Part shown: positions 26,201 through 36,281 of the stretch, in pieces | Layout of the letters: each line of letters opens with the position of its first letter | Numbering within the stretch: the stretch's first letter is position 1 | NCBI GenBank assembly: GCA_963925585.1 | Contig: CAWUTW010000034.1 | Span: forward strand, 1-44,571 | Reading direction: 5' to 3' | DNA length: 44,571 nucleotides | Source: an uncultured Polynucleobacter sp. | Lineage (GTDB): Bacteria; Pseudomonadota; Gammaproteobacteria; Burkholderiales; Burkholderiaceae | Position numbers and translations under genes: made by a program | Notes under the pieces: generated by a model | Told to the model about the DNA's origin: nothing | Database searches by the model: none | The model's input: only the letters and a program-made list of their open reading frames with translations

Positions 26201-27316
26201 TTAAATGCGCATTGGCATTACAACGTACTTAAAATCCTCGGAAGCGGGCAAGGTAATCACAGCGCTACTGTTTGCGTCACCCAGACTAATCTGAATGCGC
26301 TCCACTTTAACGTTTGCGAGGACATCAAGTAAATAACTCACGTTGAAGCCAATTTCGACTGCGTCTCCCGTGTACTCTGTTTCAATATCCTCCTGCGCCT
26401 CTTCCTGTTCGGCGTTAGTGGATTGAATTGTTATGCGATTGGGTGACAAGGAGAAACGGACGCCTTTAAATTTATCGGTTGTCAAAATAGCGGCCCTTTG
26501 TAAGGCTGCTTGAAGAGTTTCACGCGCAACAACTAGTGTGTTTTTATGGCCTTTTGGAATCACCCGCTGATAGTCGGGAAATTTGCCCTCAACCAATTTG
26601 GAGATAAGCTCAACATCGCCAAAGTTAAATTTGATTTGATTGGCGGTCAAGCTAACCCCTAACTCGGCATCGGTGTCGTCCAATAAGTGCTGGCACTCTA
26701 AGATGGTCTTGCGGGGAACGATGATTTCTTGGTGGCCGCCACTACCAACAACTGGCTGCGCCAACTCAACCCGACTGTATGCCAATCGATGGCCGTCTGT
26801 AGCAACTGCAACAACCTCTTTACCATCAATAACCAACAACATGCCATTGAGATAGTAACGAATATCTTGTTGCGCCATTGCAAAATGCACTTGGCTAATT
26901 AATTGCTTAAATAGCTTTTGTGGCATTTTCCAGCTTGCCGTCATCTCACCCACAGATTGCATCACTGGGAACTCAGAAGCGGATAAAGTTTGAAGGGTGA
27001 AACGACTTTTTCCGCTCTGCACCACCAGTTTTGAGTCTTTTAAATTCAACGATACCGGGCCTTCGGGTAACGCCCGCAAAATATCCAATAATTTACGCGC
27101 CGCAACCGTAGTTGTCATGTCAACATCACCAACACCAAAATTAGCGCTCGTCGCTATTTGAATTTCGATATCGGTGGACACAAACGAAACGCGCTCACCT
27201 GTTTTTTTAAATAAGAGATTGGCCAATATGGGAAGTGTATGACGACGCTCAACAATGCCGCTTACGATTTGAAGTGGTTTTAATAAACTATCGCGCGATG
27301 TATTTATAAGTTGCAT
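26201..27316 (-). CDS. dnaN: DNA polymerase III beta sliding clamp
   Basis: HTLPILAN, ATDGHRL, GKFPDY and YVVMPMRI motifs. Confidence 0.99.
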   Translation of the reverse strand: MQLINTSRDSLLKPLQIVSGIVERRHTLPILANLLFKKTGERVSFVSTDIEIQIATSANFGVGDVDMTTTVAARKLLDILRALPEGPVSLNLKDSKLVVQSGKSRFTLQTLSASEFPVMQSVGEMTASWKMPQKLFKQLISQVHFAMAQQDIRYYLNGMLLVIDGKEVVAVATDGHRLAYSRVELAQPVVGSGGHQEIIVPRKTILECQHLLDDTDAELGVSLTANQIKFNFGDVELISKLVEGKFPDYQRVIPKGHKNTLVVARETLQAALQRAAILTTDKFKGVRFSLSPNRITIQSTNAEQEEAQEDIETEYTGDAVEIGFNVSYLLDVLANVKVERIQISLGDANSSAVITLPASEDFKYVVMPMRI

Positions 27317-27577
27317 TGCTTTTAAACCTTTGTATATATCTAACTAATAATAGTAATAAGCCCCAATAAAACAGTGGATAACCCATTAAAGACTTACACA
27401 ACAACTACTTATAACTAAAAAAACCTGTGAACAACTTCGGTATAAACGAAGGATAGATTTGGGACAACTTTTTCAATCATTCCTATTTTTGCATATCAGC
27501 GTTGTTTTCCCCAACTTATGCACATGAAATTTACCTAGTTACACACAGACTCATCCACACACTTATCCACAACCTAC
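27317..27577. other. oriC: DUE and DnaA-box array in the dnaA-dnaN spacer
   Basis: AT-rich tract with TAA-TAA-TAG-TAA-TAA trios (27345-27359), GCCCC, box AGTGGATAA 27373-27381, IHF-like CAACAACTACTTA 27399-27411, TGTGAACAA 27426-27434, TTATGCACA 27516-27524, and boxes at 12-bp spacing at 27539, 27551 and 27563 (TTATCCACA). Confidence 0.8.
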
Positions 27578-29023
27578 TTATGCCTTCAGAGTCTGCTCAA
27601 TTACATGAATTTCGTGATTTAGTTGGCTATCGTAGGCTCGCTCTTCTGTGATTTTACGGACTGCATGTAAAACGGTAGTGTGATCCCGCCCACCAAACAG
27701 CTCACCAATCTCCGGAAGGCTTTTTTGAGTCAACTCTTTCGCCATAAACATGGCGATTTGGCGGGGCCGGGCAATGTTGGCTGGCCTGCGTTTAGAGTAC
27801 ATGTCAGCCACTTTTATATTGTAAAAGTCGGCCACGGATCTTTGGATATTTTCAACCGAAATTTGGCGATTCTGAATGGAAAGCAGGTCTTTCAGGGCGG
27901 CGCGAGCAACATCAATCGTTACATCTCGTCCATGAAAGCGAACAAAGGCCAAAATCTTTCGCAGCGCGCCCTCAAGCTCTCGCACATTAGAGCGAAGGTG
28001 CTTGGCAACAAAAAAAGCAACGTCTTCCGACATAGGTATGCCTTCAGCGGCTGCCTTTTTCATCAAAATGGCGACGCGCATTTCCAGTTCGGGCGGCTCA
28101 ATGGCTACTGTGAGGCCGGAGTCAAAGCGCGAAATAAGGCGATCATCGATTCCCGCCATCTCTTTTGGATAGGTATCGCTAGTAATAATGACCTGCGCAC
28201 GGTTACCCAAAAGGGCCTCAAATGCATAAAAGAACTCTTCTTGAGTGCGCGATTTGCCACTAAAAAACTGAATGTCATCAATCAGCAAAAGGTCAAGGGA
28301 GTGGTAATACCGCTTAAAACGATCAAACGCCTTCTGTTGATATGCCCTTACAACATCGGATACGTATTGTTCTGCATGGATATAACGAATGCGGGCGTTT
28401 GGATTTTCTTTTAAAAGGTGATTGCCAATTGCATGAATCAGGTGGGTTTTGCCTAGGCCAACTCCTCCATACAAAAACATGGGGTTGTATGACGTGCCTG
28501 GGTTGTGTGCCACCTGAATAGAGGCAGCCCGAGCCAGCTGGTTTGCCTTGCCCGTAACAAAGGTTTCAAAGGTCAACATCGGGTTCAGTTTGGAATGGTC
28601 CTCCAACTCAAAGGCGGACGACTCGCCCAAATCAATTTCCGGCGGGGCTTGCAAATAATCAGAGGGTGCGATGTTTGCCCCCTGAGGCTGGACTGTGGAT
28701 GGCGCACCCGCTGCCGTTACTGGTGACGCCGAGCTGCCATCATCCAAGACAAAAACCAAAGTAAAGGGCTTGCCAAAATAGCCTTGGGCAAGATCCTGAA
28801 AGCGGTCAGAAAACGTTTTTTTTGTCCAATCTAACTTAAATCGGTTTGGGGCGGATATTGTAAGCAAGCACTCACTTTCATCAAGACCACTTAATTTTAG
28901 GGGTTGTATCCAGGTCTTAAATTGTTGTGGGGAAAGCTCGCGCAGCAATGTGGCTGTAGCGTAATCCCAAAAGCCCAGCGGGCTTAAGGAAGAGAGGGTG
29001 GCGATATTTTCTAGATTGCTCAT
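27578..29023 (-). CDS. dnaA: Chromosomal replication initiator DnaA
   Basis: [38 protein letters not shown] and [11 protein letters not shown] motifs. Confidence 0.99.
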   Translation of the reverse strand: MSNLENIATLSSLSPLGFWDYATATLLRELSPQQFKTWIQPLKLSGLDESECLLTISAPNRFKLDWTKKTFSDRFQDLAQGYFGKPFTLVFVLDDGSSASPVTAAGAPSTVQPQGANIAPSDYLQAPPEIDLGESSAFELEDHSKLNPMLTFETFVTGKANQLARAASIQVAHNPGTSYNPMFLYGGVGLGKTHLIHAIGNHLLKENPNARIRYIHAEQYVSDVVRAYQQKAFDRFKRYYHSLDLLLIDDIQFFSGKSRTQEEFFYAFEALLGNRAQVIITSDTYPKEMAGIDDRLISRFDSGLTVAIEPPELEMRVAILMKKAAAEGIPMSEDVAFFVAKHLRSNVRELEGALRKILAFVRFHGRDVTIDVARAALKDLLSIQNRQISVENIQRSVADFYNIKVADMYSKRRPANIARPRQIAMFMAKELTQKSLPEIGELFGGRDHTTVLHAVRKITEERAYDSQLNHEIHVIEQTLKA

Positions 29024-29056
29024 TTCAGGAGGATTGATTGTAGCGATTTTCTAAAG

Positions 29057-29096
29057 TTATCCACAAGCCATAAGTGGGTGGAAAACCTGTGGATAA
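29057..29096. promoter_or_regulatory. DnaA boxes in the dnaA-rpmH spacer
   Basis: TTATCCACA 29057-29065, GGTGGAAAA 29077-29085 (weak) and TGTGGATAA 29088-29096, followed by an A-tract-rich stretch. Confidence 0.85.
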
Positions 29097-29192
29097 GTTG
29101 TGCCCAAATAATAAAAAACCTTATAAATCAAGCAAAAAAGGAAAAAACAAAAAATAAAATAAGGGAAAAACCCAATAAGAGCACAACTTAGG

Positions 29193-29221
29193 TTGACCTT
29201 TTGGACGCCACAAAGGAAAAT
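29193..29221 (+). promoter_or_regulatory. Putative sigma70 promoter of rpmH
   Basis: TTGACC, 17 bp spacer, GAAAAT, with an A-rich UP-like region upstream. Confidence 0.55.
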
Positions 29222-29244
29222 ACGTGGCTTTCCCGAGGTCAATC

Positions 29245-29379
29245 ATGAAAAGAACATATCAACCATCCGTAACCCGCCGCAAACGTACCCATGGATTCCG
29301 CGTACGCATGAAAACGCGTGGCGGACGTACCGTTTTAAACGCACGCCGTGCCAAGGGCCGTAAACGCCTAGCAGTGTAA
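29245..29379 (+). CDS. rpmH: 50S ribosomal protein L34 (below the ORF-track length cutoff)
   Basis: Translated by hand: [44 protein letters not shown]; GAGG Shine-Dalgarno upstream. Confidence 0.99.
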   Translation: MKRTYQPSVTRRKRTHGFRVRMKTRGGRTVLNARRAKGRKRLAV

Positions 29380-29389
29380 GTGCACTTGC

Positions 29390-29710
29390 TTGAATAGCGC
29401 ACGCATATCCGAATTACTTAAAACAAATCCCAAAACATCAAAAGATTGGGGTTTGCATTTAGGGTCTCGCAGACAAGGCATCGATGGCGCCCTTGGAATT
29501 GCTGTTGCCAAAAAATTGGCCAAAAGAGCGGTTGATCGCAATAAACTCAAACGCTTCATACGAGAAAGTACACGCCAACCGCATAGTGCATTACTGGAAA
29601 CCCACGATGTTGTCATACGACTTAAAAAACCGATTGGCCAAATGACAAGGGGACGATTGCGCGCCATGGAGTTTGGCGCACTTAAAAAGCAATTAGCGGG
29701 GCTAATTTAA
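29390..29710 (+). CDS. rnpA: Ribonuclease P protein component
   Basis: LGIAVAKKLAKRAVDRNKLKRFIRE (RNR-motif variant); located between rpmH and yidD. Confidence 0.93.
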   Translation: MNSARISELLKTNPKTSKDWGLHLGSRRQGIDGALGIAVAKKLAKRAVDRNKLKRFIRESTRQPHSALLETHDVVIRLKKPIGQMTRGRLRAMEFGALKKQLAGLI

Positions 29711-29950
29711 GTGCAAATCATTAACCGCGCAGCGATAGCAATGATCCGAATTTACCAAATTACATTGAGCCCATTTTTTGGCTCTCAATGCAAGTTCGAG
29801 CCGAGTTGTTCTCAATACGCATGCGATTGTTTTAAAGCCCACGGCAGCGCCAAAAGTGCCGGACTAATCGTCTGGCGGCTATTGCGATGCAACCCTTGGA
29901 GTCATGGTGGCTATGACCCAGCAATTAACCCACGCAAGATAAAAGAATAA
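29711..29950 (+). CDS. yidD: Membrane protein insertion efficiency factor
   Basis: YQ..LSP...CKFEPSCSQY and RLLRCNPWSHGGYDP motifs. Confidence 0.96.
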   Translation: MQIINRAAIAMIRIYQITLSPFFGSQCKFEPSCSQYACDCFKAHGSAKSAGLIVWRLLRCNPWSHGGYDPAINPRKIKE

Positions 29951-29954
29951 ATAC

Positions 29955-31625
29955 ATGGATACGAAAAGAACCATCCTTTGGGCTGTTTTCTCAATCGCAG
30001 GACTGCTCCTTTACAACAACTGGTTGGCTTACGAAGGCAAAACACCACTGTTTGGCCCCCAAAGCATGAGCAAGCAAGAGGGCGCGCCCATTAGCGATGA
30101 AAAGAAGAGTGATGTCCCAGTATCGACGGCCACTACCAACGCCACCAACATCGCTCCAGTGCTTGCCCCAAAAGCAATACCAGCAAGCATGGCACAGCTG
30201 GCGAACAAAGAACGCTTTACTTTACAAAACGATGTACTGGCAATTGAGGTCAGTGCAGATGGCGCAAACGTAGTAAGTGCAACCTTATTAAAAGAGTTGG
30301 AAGCCGATAAGAAGCCCATGCGATTAATGCAAGTAACGCCTGGCCATCAGTATTTTGCGCGCTCCGGATTGATTGCCGCAGGTAACGCAGAGCTACCCAA
30401 TCACACCAGTGAATTTAAATTGCAAACCAGCGGCAAAGATGGGTCAGGACGCCCCTTCTTAGTTGTTAACAGTGAGCGCAATGGCGTAACCCTTGAAAAA
30501 ACCTTCATCTTAAATTCCGACAGTTACGTGATTGATGTGATGCACCGCGTAACCAAAAATAATGCGGCAGTAGGCCCGCTGGTTTTATATACCGAATTAG
30601 TGCGCGATGGCAGCAAGCTAGAAGAAAGCCAGTTCTACAGCACGTTTACAGGCCCGGCAGTTTATACCGACAAAGAGAAATTTAATAAGCTTGAATTTAC
30701 CGACATTGAAAAAAATAAAATCACCATACCAAAACAGGTTGCTGCTGGAGATCCTGCGTGGGTGGCGATGGTTCAGCACTACTACGCGAGTGCATGGATT
30801 CCCAGCGATAAATTAAACCGCGATATTTATGCTGGAAAAATCGATACCAATGTGTATCGCGTTGGTATACAAACCCCACTCGAAAACATTACAGTTGGTA
30901 AAACAACCGTAGAAACCGCGCGTTTATTTGTAGGGCCGCAGCAAGAAAGTATGTTAGAGGCAATTGCACCCGGACTGGAATTGCTTAAGGATTATGGATA
31001 CTTAACCATCCTTGCAAAGCCGATCTTTTGGACACTAGAGCGTATTTATGAGTACGTAAACAATTGGGGTTGGTCAATCGTCATATTGACTTTCTTGATT
31101 AAGCTCTTGTTCTACCCCCTATCTGCCGCAAGTTACAAGTCAATGGCACGCATGAAAGAAGTGCAGCCACGTGTGATGGCAATGCGGGAAGCCAATAAAG
31201 GCAATCCGCAAAAAATGAATCAAGAAATGATGGCCTTGTACAAAAAAGAAAAGATTAACCCGCTAGGTGGTTGTTTGCCGATGTTAATTCAGATACCTGT
31301 ATTTATTTCCTTGTATTGGGTTTTGTTGTCATCGGTTGAAATTCGTAATGCACCTTGGATTCTTTGGATCCACGATTTGGCCGTACCAGACCCCTATTAT
31401 ATTTTGCCGGTAATCATGGCGCTATCAATGTGGGTACAAACCAAATTAAATCCAACTCCACCAGATCCAATTCAGGCAAAAGTGATGCTCTATATGCCAA
31501 TCATTTTTTCCATCATGTTCTTTTTCTTCCCGGCCGGACTCGTTTTGTACTGGGTGGTGAATAACATATTGTCGATTGCGCAGCAGTGGCAGATCAACAA
31601 GATGATTATTAAACGAGCAATGTAA
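29955..31625 (+). CDS. yidC: Membrane protein insertase
   Basis: DYGYL, NWGWSI, NPLGGCLP and PAGLVLYWVVNN motifs. Confidence 0.98.
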   Translation: MDTKRTILWAVFSIAGLLLYNNWLAYEGKTPLFGPQSMSKQEGAPISDEKKSDVPVSTATTNATNIAPVLAPKAIPASMAQLANKERFTLQNDVLAIEVSADGANVVSATLLKELEADKKPMRLMQVTPGHQYFARSGLIAAGNAELPNHTSEFKLQTSGKDGSGRPFLVVNSERNGVTLEKTFILNSDSYVIDVMHRVTKNNAAVGPLVLYTELVRDGSKLEESQFYSTFTGPAVYTDKEKFNKLEFTDIEKNKITIPKQVAAGDPAWVAMVQHYYASAWIPSDKLNRDIYAGKIDTNVYRVGIQTPLENITVGKTTVETARLFVGPQQESMLEAIAPGLELLKDYGYLTILAKPIFWTLERIYEYVNNWGWSIVILTFLIKLLFYPLSAASYKSMARMKEVQPRVMAMREANKGNPQKMNQEMMALYKKEKINPLGGCLPMLIQIPVFISLYWVLLSSVEIRNAPWILWIHDLAVPDPYYILPVIMALSMWVQTKLNPTPPDPIQAKVMLYMPIIFSIMFFFFPAGLVLYWVVNNILSIAQQWQINKMIIKRAM

Positions 31626-31644
31626 TACTGCATTCAGTATCACT

Positions 31645-33024
31645 ATGTTAGCAATGGGGCCTGCATCCAGAAAAATCCCCATTATTGCTATTGCTACCGC
31701 ACCCGGCAAAGCCGGGGTGGGCATTATCCGCATCAGCGGCGAAGATTTGGAATGGCTTGCTTTTGCTATTACCAATACAGCATTGCAGCCCCGCAAAGCT
31801 ACTTTGGTTGATCTGCGCAACCAAGATGGCAGAATAATTGATTCGTGTCTCGCAATTTACTTTTTAGCGCCCCACTCATTTACAGGCGAAGACGTTCTAG
31901 AGCTACAGTGCCACGGTGGGCCCCAACTGTTGGATTTGGTCGTGCAGCGCTGCTTGCAACTGGGCCATCAAAAGGAACTGGCCATAGCTGAGCCAGGCGA
32001 ATTCTCGCTGCGTGCCTTTTTAAATGGAAAAATTGATCTAGCCCAAGCAGAGGCCATTGCTGATTTAATCGATGCGCAATCGCACGCCGCTGTTATGGGC
32101 GCGGCACGCTCCCTACAGGGCGCCTTCTCAGACGATATTCATCGTTTAGTAGGAGCCCTAACGCAACTGCGTATTTTGGTGGAGTCCACCCTTGATTTCC
32201 CAGAAGAAGAAATCGAATTTTTAGAAAATGCCCATGCGCTTCAACAATTGACGGAAATTCAAGAACATATGCAGCGATTACTTGCTGCAGCTAAACAAGG
32301 CCGAATATTGCGAGATGGTGTGCAAGTGGTATTGGTGGGCGCGCCCAATGTAGGCAAAAGCTCTTTGTTGAATTGCTTGGCTGGCGAAGAGATTGCCATT
32401 GTTACTTCCGTAGCTGGAACAACGCGAGACAGGGTAAAACAAAGCATCACCCTCGATGGCGTACCAATACACATTATTGATACGGCCGGCTTACGGCAGA
32501 CGAAGGATGAGGTCGAGGCAATTGGAATCGAGCGCACTTGGTCATCGATACGTGCAGCCGATTTGCTTCTGTTTATAGAGGCACCAGATGCACCCACAAC
32601 TGAGGAGACGCTTTCTGCCGAAGTCCTGGCGGCGTTGCCTTCCGGCTGCACGCTCTTGCGATTGCTTAATAAAGCAGACCTACTTGGCGCTGCAGGTAAA
32701 GTCGCAGGGCCCGAAGTAATTTACGTCTCTGCTAAAACGGGCGCTGGCATTCCAGAATTAAAAAATACTATCTTGTCCCACATTGGCTGGCGCACCGGGC
32801 AAGAAGATGTGCTCATTTCACGTCAACGCCACATCGATTGTTTAATGCATGCCGAAGCAGCATTAATCAAGGCCGGTCTCTATGCGCTTCAAGGAAATCG
32901 TGCATTGGAGCTCTTTGCGGAAGAGCTCCGCTTGGCACAAGAGCAGCTTGGCCAAATCACCGGCCGCTTATTGCCAGACGATTTGCTGGGAAAAATATTT
33001 AGCCAATTTTGCATCGGAAAATAA
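31645..33024 (+). CDS. mnmE: tRNA modification GTPase (TrmE)
   Basis: IAIATAPG, SFTGEDV.E..CHGG, GAPNVGKS, GTTRD, DTAG, NKAD and C-terminal FCIGK. Confidence 0.99.
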   Translation: MLAMGPASRKIPIIAIATAPGKAGVGIIRISGEDLEWLAFAITNTALQPRKATLVDLRNQDGRIIDSCLAIYFLAPHSFTGEDVLELQCHGGPQLLDLVVQRCLQLGHQKELAIAEPGEFSLRAFLNGKIDLAQAEAIADLIDAQSHAAVMGAARSLQGAFSDDIHRLVGALTQLRILVESTLDFPEEEIEFLENAHALQQLTEIQEHMQRLLAAAKQGRILRDGVQVVLVGAPNVGKSSLLNCLAGEEIAIVTSVAGTTRDRVKQSITLDGVPIHIIDTAGLRQTKDEVEAIGIERTWSSIRAADLLLFIEAPDAPTTEETLSAEVLAALPSGCTLLRLLNKADLLGAAGKVAGPEVIYVSAKTGAGIPELKNTILSHIGWRTGQEDVLISRQRHIDCLMHAEAALIKAGLYALQGNRALELFAEELRLAQEQLGQITGRLLPDDLLGKIFSQFCIGK

Positions 33025-33122
33025 CAGCGGCATTGCCCATTATTGTTTCGGGTGATTTCTTCTTCTGCAAGAAAAACAAGGGCTTGCGGCCCCTTAGGCG
33101 ATGTAAAAGGCTTGCAGGAAAA

Positions 33123-33131
33123 TGCTAAAAT
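33123..33131 (+). promoter_or_regulatory. Extended -10 promoter element upstream of pckG
   Basis: TG-C-TAAAAT about 37 nt upstream of the ATG; GAGG Shine-Dalgarno present. Confidence 0.5.
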
Positions 33132-33168
33132 CGATCTATTCGGAATATTAAAAATGCGAGGGCTTTAA

Positions 33169-35037
33169 ATGAATCAACCATTAACGCACGATGCTATTTC
33201 AGTTGCCGCACCAGCGTATGTAAAAAACCAAAAACTCATCCAATGGGTTGCCGAAGTTGCTACGCTAACCAAGCCGGATAACATTCATTGGTGCGATGGT
33301 TCGCAGGCCGAATATGACCGACTGTGCGACCTCATGGTGGCGGCTGGTTCATTTAAACGTTTAAATCCAGCCAAGCGTAAAAATTCATTTTTGGCAATAT
33401 CCGACCCTCAAGACGTTGCCCGCGTAGAAGACCGCACTTTTATTTGCTCACAGCACAAAGATGATGCAGGCCCCACAAATAATTGGGTAGCCCCCGATGA
33501 AATGCGTGCAACATTAAAGCCTTTGTTTGCGGGCTGCATGCGCGGCAGAACCATGTATGTGGTTCCCTTTTCAATGGGGCCCATTGGCTCACCGATCGCA
33601 CACATTGGGGTAGAGCTATCAGACAGTCCTTACGTGGCCATCAATATGCGCATCATGACCCGCATGGGGTACGCCGTGATTGATCAGCTCGGTAGCAGCG
33701 GGGAATTTGTGCCCTGCATTCACACGGTAGGCAAGCCCTTAGAGGCCAGCGAAAAGGATGTTGTCTGGCCCAATAACCCAATCAAATACATTGTTCATTA
33801 CCCCGAGACTCGGGAAATTTGGTCTTTCGGTTCGGGTTACGGCGGCAATGCCTTGCTAGGTAAAAAATGCTTTGCCTTGCGCATTGCCTCCACCATGGGA
33901 CGAGACCAGGGCTGGTTTGCAGAGCACATGCTCATTCTCGGCGTTACCTCGCCACAGGGAAAGAAATACCACATCGCAGCTGCATTCCCCTCGGCGTGTG
34001 GCAAAACCAACTTCTCCATGATGATTCCACCCAAAGGCTTTGAGGGCTGGAAAGTGACCACCATCGGTGACGACATCGCCTGGATTAAGCCGCGCAAAGA
34101 CGCTGCGACCGGTAAGACACGTTTTTATGCGATCAACCCAGAGTCGGGCTACTTTGGTGTTGCGCCAGGCACCAACCGCAAAACAAACCCCAATTGCATA
34201 GACTCACTTAACCAAGACGTTATCTTTACTAACGTGGCATTAACCGATGATGGTGATGTGTGGTGGGAAGGCTTGACCGAAAAACCGCCAGCGCATTTAA
34301 TTGATTGGCAAGGAAAAGACTGGATTCCAGCGGATGGAGCGGCTGGCAGAAAGGCGGCCCATCCCAATTCGCGTTTCACCATGGCGGCGACCAATAATCC
34401 AGCCGTTGATCCCAATTGGAATGACCCTGACGGCGTGCCGATTGATGCCTTCCTCTTTGGGGGTCGCCGCTCAACCACCGTGCCGTTGGTGAGCGAAGCC
34501 CGAGACTGGGAAGAGGGCGTTTATATGGCTGCCACAATGGGTTCAGAAACCACTGCCGCCATCACTGGTAAAGTCGGCGTCGTGCGCCGCGATCCATTTG
34601 CGATGCTCGCATTTGCGGGCTATAACATGAGCGATTATTTTCAGCATTGGCTCAGCCTTGGCAAAAAATTAATGGCATCGGGCGCAGAGCTGCCGAAAAT
34701 TTATTGCGTTAACTGGTTCCGCAAAGACGAAGCTGGCCAGTTTGTGTGGCCCGGCTTTGGCGAAAATATGCGCGTATTAGCATGGATCCTTGAGCGCGTC
34801 GAGGGCAAAGCAAAAGGCAAAGAAACCATTTTTGGTATCTGCCCTGAATACAAAGACCTTCGTTGGGATGGCCTTGATTTTTCAGCCGAGCAATTTAATG
34901 ACGTGATATCGGTAAGCAAATCGGACTGGCAAGCCGAAGTGCAGTTGCATTCCGAGTTATTTGAACAATTAAAGCACCGCTTGCCAGCCGAGCTCTTGGT
35001 AACGCGCAGCAAAATTGAGCAACGCATAGGAAGCTAA
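33169..35037 (+). CDS. pckG: Phosphoenolpyruvate carboxykinase (GTP)
   Basis: [39 protein letters not shown] and HPNSRF motifs. Confidence 0.98.
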   Translation: MNQPLTHDAISVAAPAYVKNQKLIQWVAEVATLTKPDNIHWCDGSQAEYDRLCDLMVAAGSFKRLNPAKRKNSFLAISDPQDVARVEDRTFICSQHKDDAGPTNNWVAPDEMRATLKPLFAGCMRGRTMYVVPFSMGPIGSPIAHIGVELSDSPYVAINMRIMTRMGYAVIDQLGSSGEFVPCIHTVGKPLEASEKDVVWPNNPIKYIVHYPETREIWSFGSGYGGNALLGKKCFALRIASTMGRDQGWFAEHMLILGVTSPQGKKYHIAAAFPSACGKTNFSMMIPPKGFEGWKVTTIGDDIAWIKPRKDAATGKTRFYAINPESGYFGVAPGTNRKTNPNCIDSLNQDVIFTNVALTDDGDVWWEGLTEKPPAHLIDWQGKDWIPADGAAGRKAAHPNSRFTMAATNNPAVDPNWNDPDGVPIDAFLFGGRRSTTVPLVSEARDWEEGVYMAATMGSETTAAITGKVGVVRRDPFAMLAFAGYNMSDYFQHWLSLGKKLMASGAELPKIYCVNWFRKDEAGQFVWPGFGENMRVLAWILERVEGKAKGKETIFGICPEYKDLRWDGLDFSAEQFNDVISVSKSDWQAEVQLHSELFEQLKHRLPAELLVTRSKIEQRIGS

Positions 35038-35051
35038 TTCCTGCTCACCAT

Positions 35052-36281
35052 ATGATCGTCCCCCAGCACCATAGCATCGTGGTGATTGGGGCTGGCATCG
35101 CAGGCGCAAGCATTGCGCAAGAAATCATTTCTCGGGGTCACGCAGTATGCGTTGTCGAGTCCGAAAGCGGCTCCGCTACAGCATGCTCAAGCCATGCCTA
35201 TGCCATTGCGCATCCTCATATCACTAGGGGTTCGGCAAAATTACTGCAGCTAACCCGCATTGCATTTGAGCTAGCATTGGCGCGCTGGGGCGATCAATGG
35301 GTGCACCGCGGCGCACTGCACCCTATAAAAAATGGCCTTGATTTTGATCGTGATGCCATAGCTCGGCAGCTACTGGAGCTTGGCCTAAGATCTGAAATAG
35401 CACTCCCTGTTTCCGCAGAGCAGGCAAGTCAATTGGCGGGGGTGGCTCGAGCGGGCGTTTGGTTTGCGAACGCTGGGATGCTAAGCCTAGAAAAAATAAC
35501 CAAACAACTATTGCATCCTTGCACGCAATTAACGCAAGTCAATCAGATGCAGATAGACACATTGGTGCCCGAAGGCAATCACTGGCTATTGACCGATGCG
35601 TCTAAAAAAATTACCATGCGCGCAGATAAGGTGATCATCGCTGCTGGCTTGGCCTCCAAAAAAATACTAAGTAGCATCCAAATCAAGTTACCACTTAAGC
35701 CCGTACGCGGTCAGCTGAGTTTTTTTAAAATTAGGCCCAATAGCGACTGGGCGGCTCGCTTACCCAATGCCATTATCTGTGGTGACGGTTACTGCATACC
35801 GGCTAGTCGATTAGAAAATGGCGATATGCGCTGGATTGTGGGCTCAAGTTTTGATGAAAACGAAACTGATAACCAAGCTCGTTACGAAAGCGATCGCTTT
35901 AACCAAGAACAGGCTGCTGGCCTACTTAACTATGCCGAAGGCAACCAAAGCGAGCTGATGCCAGACGGACAGTTTGTTGGCATTCGCTGTGTTGCGGGGG
36001 ATCGACTGCCTATCATCGGCGCACTACCGCAGCGACCCGGCATTTTTGTGGCCACTGCACTTGGGTCGCGCGGCATTTTATGGTCTGCATTGGCGTCAAA
36101 ATTAATCGCAGATCAGGTTTTGGAAGGCGACTTTGCTTTGCTAACACGCTTGGGTTTTACCTCTGCCTTGGCTGCGGCACTCGCGCCCGACCGTTTTTTG
36201 GCAGGCGCTGCGGCACCCGCTTTGGGGGCTTTAGCCTCAAACTCAAATCCAATTTTGCCGTCGGCGGCAAGGGCCAAATAA
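35052..36281 (+). CDS. FAD-dependent oxidoreductase resembling the MnmC oxidase domain (no methyltransferase domain)
   Basis: VIGAGIAG, PVRGQLS, GIRC...DRLPIIG, ALGSRG...S.L and LAPDRF motifs as in the C-terminal MnmC domain; 409 aa. Confidence 0.8.
   Translation: MIVPQHHSIVVIGAGIAGASIAQEIISRGHAVCVVESESGSATACSSHAYAIAHPHITRGSAKLLQLTRIAFELALARWGDQWVHRGALHPIKNGLDFDRDAIARQLLELGLRSEIALPVSAEQASQLAGVARAGVWFANAGMLSLEKITKQLLHPCTQLTQVNQMQIDTLVPEGNHWLLTDASKKITMRADKVIIAAGLASKKILSSIQIKLPLKPVRGQLSFFKIRPNSDWAARLPNAIICGDGYCIPASRLENGDMRWIVGSSFDENETDNQARYESDRFNQEQAAGLLNYAEGNQSELMPDGQFVGIRCVAGDRLPIIGALPQRPGIFVATALGSRGILWSALASKLIADQVLEGDFALLTRLGFTSALAAALAPDRFLAGAAAPALGALASNSNPILPSAARAK

Noticed and set aside
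26516-26531. parS-like AGTTTCACGCGCAACA inside dnaN
   Set aside because: Three mismatches that break the palindrome; cannot be supported without ChIP data.
27680-28414. 244-aa ORF antisense to dnaA, and the many 60-170 aa antisense or alternate-frame ORFs inside the atp, par, gyrB, topB and hemE genes
   Set aside because: They are fully nested in conserved genes and show no recognisable motifs; such shadow ORFs are an expected by-product of codon structure.
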